This document shows, one piece after another, positions 59,825 through 64,000 of a stretch of 64,000 nucleotides of DNA (position 1 is the first letter of the stretch; the number at the start of each line of letters is the position of its first letter). Location: the NCBI RefSeq assembly GCF_963921235.1, contig NC_086097.1:153576001-153640000 (forward strand), in the 5' to 3' direction. Under the pieces are notes generated by a model. The model was not told where the DNA came from, made no database searches, and saw only the letters and a list, made by a program, of their open reading frames with translations. Position numbers and translations under genes: made by a program. This stretch comes from Mobula hypostoma. Taxonomy: Eukaryota.

Positions 59825-62800
59825 AGTGGAGCGGTCATTGTCAGAGTGGTCTGAGTCAGAGTGGTAAAGCTTTGGCTCAACGGGGCTTCAGTGAGAACAG
59901 GCAGAAGCAAGGTAAATAGGTAAGTTCATTCCTTATTTCTTATTTCTTATTTTCTTATTTAACTGTTGGGAAAATAGGTGGTATGTCTTCAGGGCCAGTG
60001 TTCTGTTCTGCGTATAAGATGAGGGAATTCTGGGAGACTACCAGCCTCCCTGATGGCCACATCTGCACCAGGTGTATCTAGATGCAGCTCCTTAGATAAC
60101 ATGTTAAGGAACTGGAGCTGCAGCTTGTTGACCTTTGGCTTGTTAGGGAAAGTGGAGAGGTGATAGACAGGAGCTGCAGGGAGGTAGTTATTCCAAGGCT
60201 ACTGGAGACAGATAAAAAGGTGACTGTCAGGGAAGGAAAGGGAAAATGTCAGATAGTGGAGAGCACTCCTGTCATCTCTGTGGCCATCCCCCTCAACAAT
60301 ATGTACTCTATTTTGAGTACTGATGGGGGTGGAAGGGTTTTCTACCTGGGTGAAGCAGCAGAGGCCAATTCTCTGGCACTGAGTCTGGCCCTGTGGCACA
60401 GATTTTTAGGGAACTGAAGAGGATGGCACTAGAAGTAAGAGATTTTATAGTTTGGGGGACAAATAGGCAATTCTGTAGGTGTGAAAAAGAAACACAAATG
60501 GTAGATTGCCTCCCAGGAGCCAGGGTCCACGATGTTTTCTACATGTCCACAATATCCTGAAAAGGGAGAGTGAGCAGCCAGAAGTTGTACAAGTTGGTAC
60601 CAACGACAAAGGTAGAAAAACAGAGGAGGTCCTGAAAACAGAATACAAGAAGTTAGGAAGGAAGTTGAGAAACAGGACCTCAAGTTAGCTTAACCTAAAG
60701 GAACTCTTAGGAGGCAGTGATCATAATATGATTGAATTCATACTGCAGTTTGAGAGGGAGAAGCATAAGTCACATGTATCAGTATCGCAATGGAATGAAG
60801 GGAATTACAGAGGCATGAGAGAAGAGTTTGTACAGGTGGATTGGAGGAGGATACTGGTGGGGATGATGGAAGAGCATAAATGGATGAAATTTCTGGGTAT
60901 AGTTTACAAGGCGCAAGGTAGATATGTCCCACAGAAGAAGTTATTCACAAATGGCAAAGGAAGTTAAGGACTGCATAAGAACGAAGAGAAGGGCATATAA
61001 GGTAGCAAAAGTGAGTGGCAAGTTGGATGATTGGAAAGTTGTTAAAATCCAACAAAAGGGAACTAAAAAAGCTATAAGAGGGAAAAAATTGAAATATAAG
61101 GGCAAACTAGCCAATGATATAAAGCAGGATACCAAAAGTTTTTTCAGTTATATGAAGAGTAAAAGGGAGGTGAGTGTTGTTATTGGACCACTGGAAAATG
61201 ATACTGGTGAGGTAATAATTTGGGACAAAGAAATGACAGATGAACTTAATGGGTACTTAGCATCTGTCTTCACTGTGGAAGACACTAGAGGTCTGTGAGT
61301 GTCAGGGAGCAGGAGTTGATGTCATTGCTATTACAAAGGGAAAAGTGCTAGGAAAAGTCAAAGGTGTTAAGGTGAATAAGTCACCTGGACCAGATGGACT
61401 ACATCCCAGAGTCCAGAGAGAGGGTGCTGAAGAGATAACAAATGCATTGGTTATGATCTTTCAAGATTAACTTGATTCTGGCATTGTCCCGATAGACTGG
61501 AAAATTGCAAATGCCACTCCACTCTTCAAGAAGGGAGGAAGGCAAAAGATAGGACATTATAGGCCAGTAAATCTAACCTTAGTGCTTGGGAAAGTGTTGG
61601 AGTCTTTTATTAAGTACAAGGTTTCGGGGTGTTTGGAGACTATTGATAAAATCAGTTAAAGTCAATATGGTTTCCGTCAGGGAAATCTTGCTTGACGATT
61701 CTGAAATCTGTTAGAGTTCTTCAAGGAAGTAACAAGCAGGATGGACAAAGGAGAGGCAGTGGATGTCATTTACTTGGATTTTCAGAAGGAATTTGATAAG
61801 ATGCCACTCATGAAGTTGCTTAACAAGATACACCCTATCCTCATTATATGCGTCTTCAGACAATGCGGATTCACGGTTATGCGAGGAACCTATTTCTACC
61901 AACGTCTCCTTTAATGTGTCCAAAACTCACAGTTATGCAAGAAGCACTGCTTTCCCGCCTATACAAGTCAGGTGTGCGCGCGCCTCACAATCACACTCCT
62001 GCCAGTCTCGCATTGGTTTTGGCAGGGTGTGGGTGTGCGGTCTTGTGTTCTTAAACTTCTGTTTGTTTTACCTACGATGCAGTGATTTCGTGCTTGAAAT
62101 ATTTAACTAAGCCTCCAAACCGTCCGATGTCAAGTCCTGGGCCATCAGCCGAGCGGCAGAGATCCGCTTTAACACTTGAAAAAAAGTTGGAAATTATAAA
62201 CAGCGCGGCATCAGCTGAAGGTAACACAGCTGTGGGACGCTACTGCCAGGAACAGAATCTTGCCTTTAAACTTCTTTTGTTGCTTGACAATGCACCAGTC
62301 CATCCTAAATATTTGGATAGCATTCATCCTAACATAACAGTGCGTTTCCTGCCGCCTAACACAACATTGCTGATTTAACCACTCGACCAAGGTGTGATCC
62401 ACATTCAAGGCGTACGTTTTTTTTTATAGCGAACTATCTCTCAGATGCTGCAAGCAACAGACGATTTTGAAAATCCCAGGAGTTTACCAGCGGTGAGGGA
62501 ATGGTGGAAGTCGGAACACTTGGCACAAATGACGATGGACATTGACCCAAGTTTAGAACGGAGTCAGCATTTCAGTCGTTCTCTGCCATCAACCCTTCTT
62601 CCCTACAAGCAAATTTATGCTGAAAAACAGAATGCTGCCAAGCAAACAACCCTCACCACTTTCTTTAAATCGGTGTCATCTCCTGCTGCCTGCAGTTCTA
62701 AGAGTTCTGTGAGTCTTCCTTCACCCCTCGCTGTGCTTGATAAAACCCTGACGACCACAACCATCCACCTCATCCATGTAAAGCTGCCTGGCACCACAAC

Positions 62801-64000
62801 AGCCACTCATCTCCCGGAGCGAACACACCTGCCACTGTTGTTGAGTACTGTACACCCTCGGATGTTAACTTTCTGTGATTTATTACATTGAATATTACCT
62901 TAAATTGAGTAAATATAATACAAACGTTGTCTTGTGGTACTGCTTTTGTGTTGTATTGGTATGAAAATGTGAATAAATTACAGATAAAACATACTTAGGA
63001 AGCCCTCTGGACCACATCCCTATTTCCTCCATTTAAATAATTATTTACATTATGCGATTTCACATTATGCATCAACTGTGAGGAATGTATACCTCGCATA
63101 TAACGAGGATAGGGTGTAAGCACCATTACAGGAAAGATACTGGCATGGGTAGCAGAATGGCTGAAAGGCAGGAGGCAGCAAGTGGGGATAAAAGGGGCCT
63201 TTTCTGGTTGGCTGCCAGTGACTAGTGGTGTTCCTCAGGGGTCAGTATAGGGACTGCTACTTTTCAGATTATTTGTCAGTGCCTTAGATAATGGAATTAA
63301 TGGCCTTGTGGCAATGCATGCAGATGATATGAAGGTAGGTGGAGTGGTAGGTAGTGATGAGGAAGCAATGCAATTGCAGCTGGACTTAGACAAATTGGAA
63401 GAATGGGCAAAAAAGTGGCAGGTGGAATACAGTGTTGGGAAATGTATGATACTGCCTTTTGATAAAAGGAACAATAGTGCAGACTATTATCTCAACGGGG
63501 AGAAGATTCAAATATCAGAGGTCCGGAGGGACTTAGGAGTCCTCATACAAGACTCCCAGAAGGTTAATTTACAGGTTGAATCTGTGGTAAAGAAGACAAA
63601 TACGGTGTTGATATTTATTTCCAAGGGAATAGAATATGAAAGCAAAGAGGTAATGCTAGGGCTTGATAAAATACTAGTCAGGCCACACTTGGAGTATTGT
63701 CAACAGTTTTGGGACTTGTATCTCAGAAATGATGTGTTGTCATTGGGAAGCGTTCAGGGAAGATTCACAAGGATGATTCTGGGAATGAAGGGATTAACAT
63801 ATGAATAACATGAGGAGCATTTGACAGCTTTGGACCTGTACTCACTGGAATTTAGAAGAATGCAGGTGGAGGGGGGAGATCTCATTGAAATCTACCGAAT
63901 GTTGAAAGGACTAGATAAGGTGGATGTGGAGAGGATGTTTCCTGTGGTGGGTGTATCCAGTACTAGAGAGCATGGCCTCAAACTTGAGGGGCAACCTTTT
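59825..64000 (+). mobile_element. CR1 with 5' UTR, ORF1 remnant (Cys motif, coiled coil, SGNH esterase-like) and decayed ORF2; internally deleted near 60685 and interrupted by a Tigger
   Basis: HICTRC...ELELQL, LPGARV, PEVVQVGTND, then GGSDHNMIEF, YLASVFT, KSPGPDGLHP, ADDMKVGG, LVRPHLEYC. Confidence 0.9.
61831..63116 (+). mobile_element. Tigger/pogo DNA transposon, internally deleted (1286 bp)
   Basis: 22-bp TIRs caccctatcctcattatatgcg / cgcatataacgaggatagggtg (1 mismatch). TA at 61829-61830 and 63117-63118. ORF 62082-62378 fuses RQRSALTLEKKLEII to LLLLLDNAPVH...FLPPNTT, followed by *PLDQGVI. Confidence 0.95.

Noticed and set aside
1..64000. Host protein-coding gene
   Set aside because: All recognisable ORFs are transposon-derived. 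The rest are short, low-complexity or antisense shadows. Small exons cannot be excluded without RNA data.

Overview
This is vertebrate genomic DNA, intronic or intergenic and very repeat-rich. The repeat families suggest a cartilaginous fish, probably a ray or skate (inference only). I found no host protein-coding exon, rRNA, tRNA gene or CRISPR array, and every recognisable ORF in the track is a transposon relic. The window holds many CR1 LINE pieces, Rex1/Babar-like LINEs, two Penelope-like element (PLE) families (Neptune-like and Poseidon-like, both GIY-YIG), two Tigger/pogo derivatives, two to four solo LTRs, and V-SINE and DeuSINE-like relics. The most interesting signal is RNA-level. The pseudo-LTRs of both PLE families carry minimal type I hammerhead ribozyme motifs: one copy has a fully canonical core at 18197-18234 (minus strand), a second canonical core lies at 41546-41580, and about ten copies are decayed. 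Hammerheads in PLEs are known as a class. What looks less described here is: (1) tiny non-coding fold-back PLE insertions whose inversion or truncation points cluster in the ribozyme; (2) three PLE junctions within about 30 bp of the same CR1 ORF2 motif; (3) a 71-bp target duplication around one PLE; and (4) a Rex1-like LINE with twin-priming inversion geometry. Family names come from recognising motifs by eye, and the boundaries of old repeats are approximate.
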